IMG/VR virus record: IMGVR_UViG_3300019132_000039
Source: an uncultured virus (IMG/VR IMGVR_UViG_3300019132_000039)
Lineage: Duplodnaviria > Heunggongvirae > Uroviricota > Caudoviricetes
DNA length: 64,000 bases
Strand: one strand, 5' to 3'
The notes beneath the pieces are model-generated. The model worked only from the letters and a program-made list of their open reading frames with translations, searched no databases and was not told the origin of the DNA. Position numbers and translations under genes: made by a program. Position 1 is the stretch's first letter; each line of letters opens with the position of its first letter. Of this stretch, positions 21,356 to 31,110 are shown one piece after another.

Positions 21356-22189
21356 ATGTCTGATATTTTACGTTTTATTGGTGTAAATCGTGATACAACG
21401 ACAGCTGGGCCGGGAAAACGGTTAGAGTTTTTCACGAAAGGCTGTATTCGTGGAGTCATTTCTCCCTGTCAAGGTTGCTTTAATGAGAGTACATGGACTT
21501 TTGAAGGATTATATCGAGAAATGACTATTGATGAAGTAGTCGATATATGTGTAAAAACGGCTTGGAATCGGCAAGTCACATTCTGTGGAGGTGAACCGAT
21601 ACTTCAAGCCAGAGCTATTGCAAAAGTAGCGAAACGGTTAAAAGACATCGATCCTACGTTTCATTTTGTAATGTACACTGCTTATAAATTAGATACTCTG
21701 ATGAAGTATGGGTTGAAATTCACATGGATTCGTGAAAAGCATGGAAAGGCCATGTTTGACGCTTTATTAAGGTATTCTCATTCCTATCAGTGCTTTGATC
21801 GGGCAATAACAACAAATTGGACACTTACTGCTAAGAAAGCAGAATTTACCATTTTAACACCAGAAGATGTAAAGGAGCTCATGCTTTATATAGATATGAT
21901 TGTAGACGGTGATTATCAGCAAGATAAGCGTTTAACAACCAATGCATATATGCATGAAGGTTGGTTTATTGGTTCTTCCAATCAGCGTGTCATCTTCGGT
22001 CCTGCAAGTATCCGTATGGGAGAACTTAAATTTTTATATGCAGATGAATACAATCAACAGATGCAGAATGCTCGTACCTGCAAATGTTGTGGACATATTC
22101 TTACTTCAGATTTATCGTTTTGCAACAAGACTTGCTCCATTCGCTATGAACAGCGACAAAAAGAGATGACTTTAATAGGAGAAGTCTAA
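21356..22189 (+). CDS. NrdG-like radical SAM (4Fe-4S) protein with C-terminal Zn ribbon
   Basis: GPGKR...GC-x7-CQGCFN, TFCGGEP, YTAY, IDMIVDGDY, GSSNQR; CxxC...CxxxC tail. Confidence 0.85.
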   Translation: MSDILRFIGVNRDTTTAGPGKRLEFFTKGCIRGVISPCQGCFNESTWTFEGLYREMTIDEVVDICVKTAWNRQVTFCGGEPILQARAIAKVAKRLKDIDPTFHFVMYTAYKLDTLMKYGLKFTWIREKHGKAMFDALLRYSHSYQCFDRAITTNWTLTAKKAEFTILTPEDVKELMLYIDMIVDGDYQQDKRLTTNAYMHEGWFIGSSNQRVIFGPASIRMGELKFLYADEYNQQMQNARTCKCCGHILTSDLSFCNKTCSIRYEQRQKEMTLIGEV

Positions 22190-22190
22190 C

Positions 22191-23333
22191 ATGTATTTTT
22201 CTTCTGATTCTTGGGGTAGACTAGGAAGAAATTTAAATCATTCTTTGGAGGAATATTTTCAGAGGTATATTCAAGATAAATATGAAAACGATTCTCTTGA
22301 AATTGAAGAAATTCCTTTTAATTCTGTAATACATGATTCTGCTATATGCATCGATTCAGCTATACCACAAGGGGTATATGAAATTCTTTCTAAAGCATCA
22401 GCATTATCGTCTAAAAATATAATCAAAGAAGTATGGGAGGGTTTGCGAATGCCAGTGTATAATCCAAAAACCGGCGAAAACGATTATGTTGATATTAATT
22501 TGGTTAATAAAATTGTAGTGGATGCTGAGTACCTGGAAGATATGATTGGATCTGAAAAATTTAAGATAGATATATCGCTGCATGGGGATGCTGAGAAAAA
22601 TGAGATTTATGTAAAGGCTCGAAATGACAAATTAAATATGGAGGAGATAGCGACTCTTTCTTTGCAATCATTTGAGGAAATGCTCTTTAAAGCGATTCAT
22701 GAAATTAAAAGCCAACGTCTTGAAGAGGTGCCGGAATTTCGGGATACCGTCTATATGCTTCTTGAACAATTTATTAATCGTTCATGGAATGAAGGAAAGT
22801 ATTACGCCCATATTAACAAATCGTATCAATGGAACCAAGGAATTGGAATCATTCGGGATACAAAAACAAATCAAGATGTAGGAACTTTCGAATCTTTGGA
22901 GTACACCTACGAAAGAAATCGTTCTATTGTTCACATTTACGGTATTCTTTTGGTAGGTCGTATGTTTGAGGATTTAGCCGACAGTAATCGTTTTGAATTT
23001 CGTTATTATTCTTTAGAGCAACAATCTATTTATTCATTAGTTGCAGGAGAAAAAACAACTGTGGCGTTAAATGCAGAACAGGCATCAATAGATATCGAAA
23101 AGTATCAATTAGCCATTGATATTTTTAATGAACAACATCCTTCTTATTCAATGGTTGTATCTGCTCAGGAAACAAAATCATTATTAGAAGGCCTTGATAA
23201 GTCAAGCCCTTTATACGAAACGAATAATGAACGTTACCGTTCTAGTCGTTTACTTATTTTAGAAGAAAGCAAAAACAAACAGAAAGAAGAAAAATTGGTG
23301 CAGCAATTCTCGGATATTGATTTAGATTTGTAA
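22191..23333 (+). CDS. Acidic hypothetical protein
   Basis: 380-aa ORF between the radical SAM and AAA genes. Confidence 0.75.
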   Translation: MYFSSDSWGRLGRNLNHSLEEYFQRYIQDKYENDSLEIEEIPFNSVIHDSAICIDSAIPQGVYEILSKASALSSKNIIKEVWEGLRMPVYNPKTGENDYVDINLVNKIVVDAEYLEDMIGSEKFKIDISLHGDAEKNEIYVKARNDKLNMEEIATLSLQSFEEMLFKAIHEIKSQRLEEVPEFRDTVYMLLEQFINRSWNEGKYYAHINKSYQWNQGIGIIRDTKTNQDVGTFESLEYTYERNRSIVHIYGILLVGRMFEDLADSNRFEFRYYSLEQQSIYSLVAGEKTTVALNAEQASIDIEKYQLAIDIFNEQHPSYSMVVSAQETKSLLEGLDKSSPLYETNNERYRSSRLLILEESKNKQKEEKLVQQFSDIDLDL

Positions 23334-23342
23334 GGAAAGCGT

Positions 23343-23365
23343 CCCTCCGGGACATTTATCGGAAA
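23343..23365 (+). promoter_or_regulatory. CCCTCCGGG-N8-BGRAAA element, copy 5
   Basis: ccctccggg acatttat cggaaa. Confidence 0.75.
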
Positions 23366-23388
23366 AAGCACTTATTAAGGAGGAATTA

Positions 23389-25020
23389 ATGATGTCGCAG
23401 GCAATTGTTAAGAAAATGACTGGTATTGAGGAAATTTCAACATTAATGAATTCCCGTCGTCGTTCTATTTTAGTCCATACATTCGAGGAAGAACGGTTTC
23501 AAGAGGACTTAAAAACCATTATTGAGGCAAAAGGTATTGAATCTTATACATGGAGTATTACATCTGGATTAAAAGATTTAATTACAAATGATCTATTTCA
23601 AAAACTATATGATCCTGTAAAATTGTTGGATTTTATTGAGAATTACGATAAGCCAGCTGCATTTGTTATCAAGGATTTTCATGACATCTGGACAAATTTC
23701 CAAGCAAAGCGTCGTCTTCGTGATATTTTGGAAAAACAGGATAATATCTATAAGCCGATTCTTTTGGTATCTCCGCAAATTAATATTCCGATGGAACTAG
23801 AAAAACTTATTACAGTTGTTACTTATGAATTACCAACTCGTGAGCAAGTAGAAGAACAGCTTCGTGGCATGGAAACCTTTCTTCTTTCAAAAGATTTACC
23901 AGTTCCAGAAGGCCGTGATCGTGTAGCGATTATTAATGCATTAATTGGAATGACGAAATCAGAAATTATCAATGTACTAAAAAAGTCCGTTGCTAAACAT
24001 AAAAAGATTGTACTAGACGAAATTGTCGCTGAAAAAGAACAAGTCATTAAAAAGACTGGTCTATTAGAGTATGTTACAAAATTAGGAAACATGGACCATG
24101 TTGGTGGTATGGATATATTAAAAGACTGGTTTGCTGATGCTCAATATGCATTTGAACATGAAGCAAAAGAATATGGCATTGATCCGGTTCGTGGAGTTGT
24201 TGTAGCTGGATTTCCGGGTGTCGGAAAATCTTTAACAGCCAAATCAGTTGCTCATATGTGGAATTTACCGCTTTTGAAAATGAACATGAGCGATATTATG
24301 GATTCTAAAGTAGGTCAATCAGAAAAGAATATTGACCGTGCATTGAAATTAGCGGAAAGTGTATCGCCTTGCGTGTTATGGATAGATGAATTTGAAAAGG
24401 CATTAGCCGGTATGTCTTCTTCGGATAAATCGGATGGAGGCACGACTTCTCGTGTCATTCAGACGTTATTGACATGGCTTTCTGATAAAGAGGCTCCAGT
24501 ATTCGTTATTGCAACAGCGAACGATATTACAAAGCTTCCTGCAGAACTAACTCGTGCAGGTCGTTTTGATGATATTTTCTTCGTCTCACTTCCTGCTCAG
24601 ACTGAACGGGAAGAAATCTATAAAATTCATTTAACAAAACGTGGATATAAAATTTGTAATGTCTCTCAAGAAGAAAACTGCTTTAGTGAGGCGCAAATTG
24701 TAGAATTGGCTAAAAACTCTGAGGATTTTACTGGTGCTGAAATCGAACAAGTTGTATCGGAGGCAGGTAGACGAGCATATGCCGATTATCGAAAAGGCAA
24801 TCGAGCTACTCATTATATTCGTCAAGAGGATTTACTAGGACAAATTTCGAAGATTGTTCCATTATCTAAGCGAAATCCGGAATTGTTAACTAATCTTCGT
24901 AATTGGGCAAAACATTCTGCTAAATGTGCTTCTAGTGAAGAACATAAATTGTTGCATGCCGCTGCTGATACCAAAGCAAAATTGGTTGAGGTAGATTTTC
25001 CGGACCTTGATTTAGGATAA
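23389..25020 (+). CDS. Ycf46-like AAA+ ATPase
   Basis: EEER, KDFH, IPMELEK, EKEQVIKKTGLLE, GFPGVGKS, LWIDEFEKA, TAN, RAGRFD, FTGAEIEQ. Confidence 0.9.
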   Translation: MMSQAIVKKMTGIEEISTLMNSRRRSILVHTFEEERFQEDLKTIIEAKGIESYTWSITSGLKDLITNDLFQKLYDPVKLLDFIENYDKPAAFVIKDFHDIWTNFQAKRRLRDILEKQDNIYKPILLVSPQINIPMELEKLITVVTYELPTREQVEEQLRGMETFLLSKDLPVPEGRDRVAIINALIGMTKSEIINVLKKSVAKHKKIVLDEIVAEKEQVIKKTGLLEYVTKLGNMDHVGGMDILKDWFADAQYAFEHEAKEYGIDPVRGVVVAGFPGVGKSLTAKSVAHMWNLPLLKMNMSDIMDSKVGQSEKNIDRALKLAESVSPCVLWIDEFEKALAGMSSSDKSDGGTTSRVIQTLLTWLSDKEAPVFVIATANDITKLPAELTRAGRFDDIFFVSLPAQTEREEIYKIHLTKRGYKICNVSQEENCFSEAQIVELAKNSEDFTGAEIEQVVSEAGRRAYADYRKGNRATHYIRQEDLLGQISKIVPLSKRNPELLTNLRNWAKHSAKCASSEEHKLLHAAADTKAKLVEVDFPDLDLG

Positions 25021-25031
25021 GGGGTGCTATC

Positions 25032-25421
25032 ATGCATGACAAAGATCAACAAAGGAAAAAAGTACAGGAAATATTACAACAGTTTTCTCATTATGAAGTT
25101 CAATACAATAAACAACAAAATTTTGAACGTGCTGTTATGTTGGCATTGGACGAAACTCAGGAGTTAGAAAATGAGTTCCGTCAATTTATTCAACGAATTG
25201 AGCATTTAGAAGTCTTTCAATTTATCAAAGAATCCTTTATGAAAGATATGCAAAAAAAGATTCAAAATCTGAAGTACTTGATTGAAAAAAATTACACCAA
25301 AGAAGAAACAGAAAAAATGCCAGAAGAAGTTTATCGACAAGTGAAAGCTTCTCAAGAGCGACGTATTGAATTGCTAAAAAAGGTGGCTCAAAAATATCTT
25401 TCACGCCCTAAACAGGATTAA
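25032..25421 (+). CDS. Hypothetical coiled-coil protein
   Basis: 129-aa ORF. Confidence 0.65.
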   Translation: MHDKDQQRKKVQEILQQFSHYEVQYNKQQNFERAVMLALDETQELENEFRQFIQRIEHLEVFQFIKESFMKDMQKKIQNLKYLIEKNYTKEETEKMPEEVYRQVKASQERRIELLKKVAQKYLSRPKQD

Positions 25422-25476
25422 AGAGCCAAAGCTCTTTAAAATAAATCAATCTTAGAAAGAAAGGAACGATGTACAG

Positions 25477-25860
25477 ATGTCACATTTTGCAGTCTACACA
25501 TGTAATGTATCTAATATGGAGTATGTAAAACGAGGACTCCAAGAAATGGGACTTGATTACAAAGAAAATGCAACGATTACCGACTGGTATGGTCAAACAA
25601 GAAAAGCGGAACTGGCTGTTGTCAAAAATGGCAAAGTACTACCTCTTGGTTGGGTTCGTGATACAGAAACTAATGAATTGCAATTGCAAGCCGATTGGTA
25701 TGTGCTTCCTTGGTCTGAAAAAGAATTTACGAACAAGATTTCTCAGTTGCATTCCAAATATCAAGTCATGGATGCATGTGAAGAAAATCGTTGGAGCATT
25801 GATGATATCAGCATTAATGAAAAAGGCGAAATCGAAATTTTAGCTTCTTCATTTGCGTAA
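25477..25860 (+). CDS. DUF1257 (Ycf35-like) protein
   Basis: MSHF start, L.EMG, WYGQT..AELAV, LGW, ADW. Confidence 0.75.
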   Translation: MSHFAVYTCNVSNMEYVKRGLQEMGLDYKENATITDWYGQTRKAELAVVKNGKVLPLGWVRDTETNELQLQADWYVLPWSEKEFTNKISQLHSKYQVMDACEENRWSIDDISINEKGEIEILASSFA

Positions 25861-25906
25861 AAATCAAAGCGGGAGTAAAACTCCCGCTTGTAAGGAGGTA
25901 GAATGA

Positions 25907-26206
25907 ATGCCATACCAATATCAATGGGTAGAACCTGAAATCGCCTTAGTTCATAATGATGTCACCATTTACCATATCTACAAAAATGATTACATGGAAG
26001 AAGGTTATCGTACTTTCTGGTTTGGATATCATGTGAAATGTTCTGATAACGGAGATTATTCATTTGATGTTAGAGACTTACCTCAATGGAATAATGAAAT
26101 ATTTTTAAATGTTTCATATGAGGAACAAGATGAATATATACTTCAAGTGATTCAACAAGCCATTGATGAAGGAGTGTTAACGCAAGATGGAGTCCGTCGT
26201 TCATAA
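25907..26206 (+). CDS. Hypothetical protein
   Basis: 99-aa ORF with AGGAGGT RBS, after a hairpin. Confidence 0.65.
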   Translation: MPYQYQWVEPEIALVHNDVTIYHIYKNDYMEEGYRTFWFGYHVKCSDNGDYSFDVRDLPQWNNEIFLNVSYEEQDEYILQVIQQAIDEGVLTQDGVRRS

Positions 26207-26344
26207 AATGTGGATTATTTCTTCAAATGATGGCTATTGGAACAATGAAATTGGTTGGGTAGAACACAGAAACGATGCGACAGTATTTCCGCATACTCAG
26301 TTTTTCTTACCAATTGGAGAACATGTTAAATGGGAGGAATTATA

Positions 26345-26560
26345 ATGCAAAAGACAGAGGTTAAATTCACGATTAAACCAGGTGGCGAAATTAAGCTTGA
26401 TGTATTAAATGGCCAGGGTGAATCTTGTGTAGTAGCTACTCAAGAATTAGAGGTATCTTTAGCCAATGCCGGGTCTAAGAAGACTGATGAAGGTAAGAAA
26501 CCAGAATATTATGATGGCGGCAACACAACAGTCTTTAGTGATTTAACAGGAGGCTATTAA
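26345..26560 (+). CDS. DUF2997-like protein
   Basis: FTIKPGG...GQGESCVVATQELE...KPEYY. Confidence 0.75.
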   Translation: MQKTEVKFTIKPGGEIKLDVLNGQGESCVVATQELEVSLANAGSKKTDEGKKPEYYDGGNTTVFSDLTGGY

Positions 26561-26753
26561 ACTGATGGTTCGCTACCAGTATGAAATAGTAGAAGCTGGA
26601 GACAGCTATCGTTTAATCATTTATAACGATCAAGGACATGTTCATTTTTCAACGGAAGTTTCTGAAGAAGTCTATAACATGTCAGATCAAGAACAAGAAC
26701 AATATATTGAAGAAACGTTTTGTGATGTATTAGAAACATTGTAGCACAGAAAA

Positions 26754-26871
26754 GGGAAGGAGATGTTGTCACCCTTCCCCATCAGCAGAGGAGGGATTCC
26801 CCCTTTATGTCATGTGCTTAGATTTCCGCTTATTTTTCCCTCTTCTGTTGATGGGGGAGATGTGACTCCCC
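26754..26871 (+). ncRNA. Structured intergenic RNA element 1
   Basis: 23-bp stem 26774-26796/26837-26859 whose only non-Watson-Crick pairs are G.U on the + strand. Confidence 0.6.
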
Positions 26872-26904
26872 TTATTACATATATCATTAAGGAGGAATCG
26901 GAAA

Positions 26905-27324
26905 ATGATTGTAGGTAAAAGTGCTGTACGAGAATTATGTAATGAAATTGATAAAGTGATTCGTGAAATTGACCAGATCACGCAATCCAAGATTGACCGT
27001 ACATCTGACAAAATTGATGCGGAGTTGAACTCTTGTGGCCGTGAATTAACGAATGCTCAAAATACATTAGGTCAGATCAAGCCGCTTGTGGACCGATTGG
27101 TACAACAAATTGGAACCAATGCGCCGGATCATGTGCAAGTATTGGTTAGCTCGATTGCAACAGAAATTATGTCCAAGGTGACAGGAGCCATGAGCAATCT
27201 ACAGGAAGTGCAAAAAAATATTAAAGATGTAGACAAATACACAGATGAAATTGACCGCTTAACGGATGAAATTGATGCACTAACTAATAAAATTGATGAA
27301 ATTACAGACAAATATCAAAAGTAA
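26905..27324 (+). CDS. Heptad-repeat coiled-coil protein
   Basis: TDEID repeats, strong RBS. Confidence 0.75.
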   Translation: MIVGKSAVRELCNEIDKVIREIDQITQSKIDRTSDKIDAELNSCGRELTNAQNTLGQIKPLVDRLVQQIGTNAPDHVQVLVSSIATEIMSKVTGAMSNLQEVQKNIKDVDKYTDEIDRLTDEIDALTNKIDEITDKYQK

Positions 27325-27337
27325 TGAGGTGAAAGCA

Positions 27338-27679
27338 ATGTCTTATACATCCAATTCATCTCCAAACTATATGTCTTCTGATTGGGGAAATGCAAAAACG
27401 AAAGAAACCGCATTAAAAATTGACCATATTGCAGATAAAGCGAAATTTGCTATTGAAATGCTTGAGTCTGCATTAAGAGGCTTTGATTCTATTGAAAAAG
27501 AAATTATGGAAGCCTCTCAATCTACAAATCCACCATCTCGTGAAACATTGCGTGCATTTGCATATCGAATTGATGCATGCCAAAACCAAGTGCAAGATGG
27601 GTTAGTACGATTAAAACAAATGATGACGGATATTGATGAAGTCACAGACCGGATTCAATCTACGAAAACCACTTGGTAA
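27338..27679 (+). CDS. Coiled-coil hypothetical protein
   Basis: GAGGTG RBS before ATG 27338. Confidence 0.7.
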   Translation: MSYTSNSSPNYMSSDWGNAKTKETALKIDHIADKAKFAIEMLESALRGFDSIEKEIMEASQSTNPPSRETLRAFAYRIDACQNQVQDGLVRLKQMMTDIDEVTDRIQSTKTTW

Positions 27680-27685
27680 TATACA

Positions 27686-27808
27686 GTCGGAGGTAGGAGA
27701 TGTTCTCCTGCTTCCTAGTAAGCGGAGGATCCATTGTTCATGTCCTATGCCCCTTTTTATATAGATATACCTCATTTTCCCTCCGCTTACTAGGGAGCCA
27801 TTCCCGAT
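27686..27808 (+). ncRNA. Structured intergenic RNA element 2
   Basis: 19-bp stem 27710-27728/27780-27798; competing hairpin 27689-27715. Confidence 0.6.
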
Positions 27809-27847
27809 ACAAGTGAAGAATACAAGTAAAGGGAGGAGAAAAAAGAT

Positions 27848-28396
27848 ATGCCTAAAGTATTATTACAAGTTCAAAATAAGCATCAACAAGCATTATTAGA
27901 AGTAGAACAAGCCACCTCTCCACAGATTGACAGAATGATTGATGGCCTATTTCATTTCTTTTCAATTTCAGTAACACCGAAAGAAATGAAAATTGAACAT
28001 GCCATATCAGAAGAAAAAACGCCAACTGTAACTCATGTAACCAACAATGTTGTTATTACGAAGGAACCTTCTTCAATGGAAGAAGCATTGGAGGAGATAG
28101 AGAAAAAAGAACAAGAGATTCCTTCTTATTATAACACGGGCATTAAAGTGAAAAATGGCATTAATCATTACAGATGCCGTTATCGTTGTCCTAAATGCAA
28201 TAATACAGGAAACCATTACATTCCAGAAGGAGTAAAAATGGTAGATTGCCATGAATGTCAAACTACCATGCTTGTAAAGAAAGCTACACCAGGAACACAA
28301 GGTATTCAGCCAGATCGTTTTAAAAACTGGTTTGTAGCTGGTGAGCAACTTCCGGTAGAAGAATTTGTATACGGGAAAGCAATTTCCGTACAGTAA
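27848..28396 (+). CDS. Zn-ribbon protein
   Basis: YRCRYRCPKC...CHEC. Confidence 0.75.
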   Translation: MPKVLLQVQNKHQQALLEVEQATSPQIDRMIDGLFHFFSISVTPKEMKIEHAISEEKTPTVTHVTNNVVITKEPSSMEEALEEIEKKEQEIPSYYNTGIKVKNGINHYRCRYRCPKCNNTGNHYIPEGVKMVDCHECQTTMLVKKATPGTQGIQPDRFKNWFVAGEQLPVEEFVYGKAISVQ

Positions 28397-28429
28397 TTTT
28401 GTTTTCATCGCTTTCATATCATAAAACAC

Positions 28430-28566
28430 TGGCGAGTGCAGGAGGGAGTCGCTCGCCCGTCATCATGTGAAACCGAGGTTTGATATGCGTAATACAACAA
28501 ATCTATAAAAAGGAGGGTAGACACACCTCGACCACCTTTTCTCGGTTTCAGGTGATGGCGTTGCCA
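28430..28566 (+). ncRNA. Structured intergenic RNA element 3
   Basis: 21-bp stem 28458-28478/28540-28560; 5' hairpin 28431-28457. Confidence 0.6.
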
Positions 28567-28590
28567 TTCTAAGAACAAGGAGGAAGCAAT

Positions 28591-30192
28591 ATGTCTAAGC
28601 TAATAAAAGAAATAAAGGATGATTTCCATGAAGAAAATCAAACAAACTCCAAAAAGAATAGGAATCGGAAGCAAGACCGCCTTGAAGGGTCTGAAAAAGA
28701 ATCCGAAACTGGCCAAAGTGGTGAAGGGGTTTCCCCGAACGAACACCAAATAAAAGAAGTTGATATTTCTCCCTATGTCACTAACGTGGATGGACCTGTT
28801 TATGCAATTGTCGGATTGCCAGAAGAGTTCATTGCAACCCTATTTGCCTGGGTATCACGTTCTCCCAAGTCGTTTAAACAACATCTTCAAATCGCCCTCA
28901 AGGACCACGACATTAGAGGACGCATTGAATCCTTCAAAGAACTCGATGAAAAGGCAAGAAAGTTTCACGAAAAGTGGACTGTGGGCTATGGTCATTCTTC
29001 TGTTGCTGAACATGCTGTGGCTCATGTGGGGATTGAAAGCATTTCTCGATTGGCTTCTGCAGAACTAGAGCTCGCCAATTCTTTCTTATCTATTACGGAA
29101 TATAGTCAGCGTTACCAAAAACCTGAACGTGGTCAATGGCATAATCCTATTGATAAAGAAAGTGAAAATATTCGTATAACAGTAGAAGAATTTTTTCATA
29201 AAGCGTTTGATGCATTTGAGCAGTTAATTAAGGGAGTATTTGAGTATCTCAAGAAAACATATCCAGAAGAAAAGGATTCAGTATTAGAAAAATTGGCTTT
29301 TGAAGATGCTCGTTATGTTTTGCCGCTTTCAATGTATACTCAACTTGGTATGACGGCCAATGGTCGAGCATGGCGAGATGCACTCGCAGTATTAGGTAAT
29401 TCAAAACACAAGGAATCTCAAAAACTAGCTGAAGATATTCGAACTGAGATTTCAAAGGTGTTACCAGTATTATTGAAATACGCTACACCTTCGCAATATC
29501 AGCGAAATTCCAAAAAACGAATGGAAACTCATTTTACAGAAAGAAACACAATAACCGCTTCATCTAAATCAGCGGTTTTAAGCAGTGTCAAAATGGAAAG
29601 TGAAATCATTGCGCATATTATTGCTTTATTGTTGATGAAACATGAAGATTTGCCGTATAAGGCAGCTTATTACAAAGCCAAGTGTTTAGGAAAAGAAAAA
29701 CAAGAACAAATCATCAAAGATTTGTTGTTTGAAATGCAGCACTTTGATATGGCACCAGAAGAATTTAAACATGTCCAATATCAGGTCGAATTTTTTGTAT
29801 CTGAAGCTAACTGGCATCAGTTATTAAGACATAATCGGAAAACAGATTTTGTCTTTTCCAATCCAACACCACATTTCGGAATTACCATTCCACCAAGAAT
29901 TAAAGAAGCTGGATTAGAGAATCTCTTGAAAGACATTGCTGAACAATCTAAAGAATTGTATAATTTACTAGTGGAAGCAGGTTTTTCTAATGAAGCCGAA
30001 TATGTGGTGTTAAATGCACATCGTCGTCATATATTTGCTAGTTTTGATTTATGGGAAGCTTATCATTTGATCAATCTTCGCACATCCGAAGAAGCACAAT
30101 GGGATATTCGGGAAACGTTTGAAGAGTTGTATCGTCAATTATCCCAAGTACATCCATTATTAATTAGTCAGGCGAAACGTCGTTTATCGTAA
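28591..30192 (+). CDS. thyX: FAD-dependent thymidylate synthase, tandem-domain type
   Basis: GYGHSSVAEH, ISRLA, EYSQRY, EDARYVLP; second repeat QLLRHNR...LRTSEEAQWDIR. Confidence 0.88.
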   Translation: MSKLIKEIKDDFHEENQTNSKKNRNRKQDRLEGSEKESETGQSGEGVSPNEHQIKEVDISPYVTNVDGPVYAIVGLPEEFIATLFAWVSRSPKSFKQHLQIALKDHDIRGRIESFKELDEKARKFHEKWTVGYGHSSVAEHAVAHVGIESISRLASAELELANSFLSITEYSQRYQKPERGQWHNPIDKESENIRITVEEFFHKAFDAFEQLIKGVFEYLKKTYPEEKDSVLEKLAFEDARYVLPLSMYTQLGMTANGRAWRDALAVLGNSKHKESQKLAEDIRTEISKVLPVLLKYATPSQYQRNSKKRMETHFTERNTITASSKSAVLSSVKMESEIIAHIIALLLMKHEDLPYKAAYYKAKCLGKEKQEQIIKDLLFEMQHFDMAPEEFKHVQYQVEFFVSEANWHQLLRHNRKTDFVFSNPTPHFGITIPPRIKEAGLENLLKDIAEQSKELYNLLVEAGFSNEAEYVVLNAHRRHIFASFDLWEAYHLINLRTSEEAQWDIRETFEELYRQLSQVHPLLISQAKRRLS

Positions 30193-30231
30193 TCGGATAA
30201 TAAACCACCTCCTTGAAGGGAGGTGATAAAA

Positions 30232-30426
30232 ATGGCTAATATAACAAAAATGCAAAAAGTATTTAATGAGCTTCTAAAGAAATATGAATCTGCTTCTATG
30301 GTTCGAGAGTGGAACAATGCTGCTCGACATGTCAATTTAACAGAAAACCTGAAAGCTCGTGAACAAGAAATCAAGAGCTTTAAAAAGCGTTTTGAAGATG
30401 CTATGAATGAAATAGTAAATTCATAG
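30232..30426 (+). CDS. Small hypothetical protein with a hairpin-sequestered RBS
   Basis: CACCTCC/GGAGGTG hairpin 30206-30225; terminator at about 30438-30471. Confidence 0.6.
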   Translation: MANITKMQKVFNELLKKYESASMVREWNNAARHVNLTENLKAREQEIKSFKKRFEDAMNEIVNS

Positions 30427-31110
30427 GATCACTCTGATAAAAGCAGACATGTTTCTCATGTCTGCTTTTTTATGCACAAAAAAGGAGGGATTATGATGAA
30501 AGTGGATATTCCTGCTAAGGATTTCTATCCTTTTGCATTGAAGAAAATGCGTCAGCTACAAGAAGAATTGGAATATCATGAAAATCAAATCCAAAATATT
30601 ATAAATCGTTATGAAGACCGATTAAAACAGTATCAAAACACTAATTGGTTATTGAGATTGTTTAAATCAAAACCTCAACATCCGGGGGAAGGCCTTTTCA
30701 CTGATTATGATTTTCATCATTTGAAAAAGCGTCATTTGGAAGAAGAAATACAAGAAATTCATCAAATCTTATTGGTTATTGATCAAGCGCAGATAGTTCA
30801 GTTGAGCAATAGAGATATTGTGTATTATGGAATTCAATCTAAAGGGGGGACTCCAAATGCCTAAAAAAGCGGTGTTGGTTACACTTGAAACCATGGTCCG
30901 AGTAGTGGTTGATCTTCCAGAAGGAGTAGAGCCTGATAGTGATGAGGCCTTTGATGTAGTATCTAAAGCAGCCATTGAAAATATTCGTAGTGCTGTGTAT
31001 GAAACTCCTGATTACCCTTATCCAGAAAATATTACAGAAATTACTGAAGATCTTGAAATTCCTTATGGAGAAGCACCAGAAGATCAATAAAAAGGGAGGA
31101 GAAATCGGAT

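Noticed and set aside
21356..22189. Assigning nrdG (anaerobic RNR activase)
   Set aside because: No nrdD in the window, atypical Cys spacing and a different gene neighbourhood
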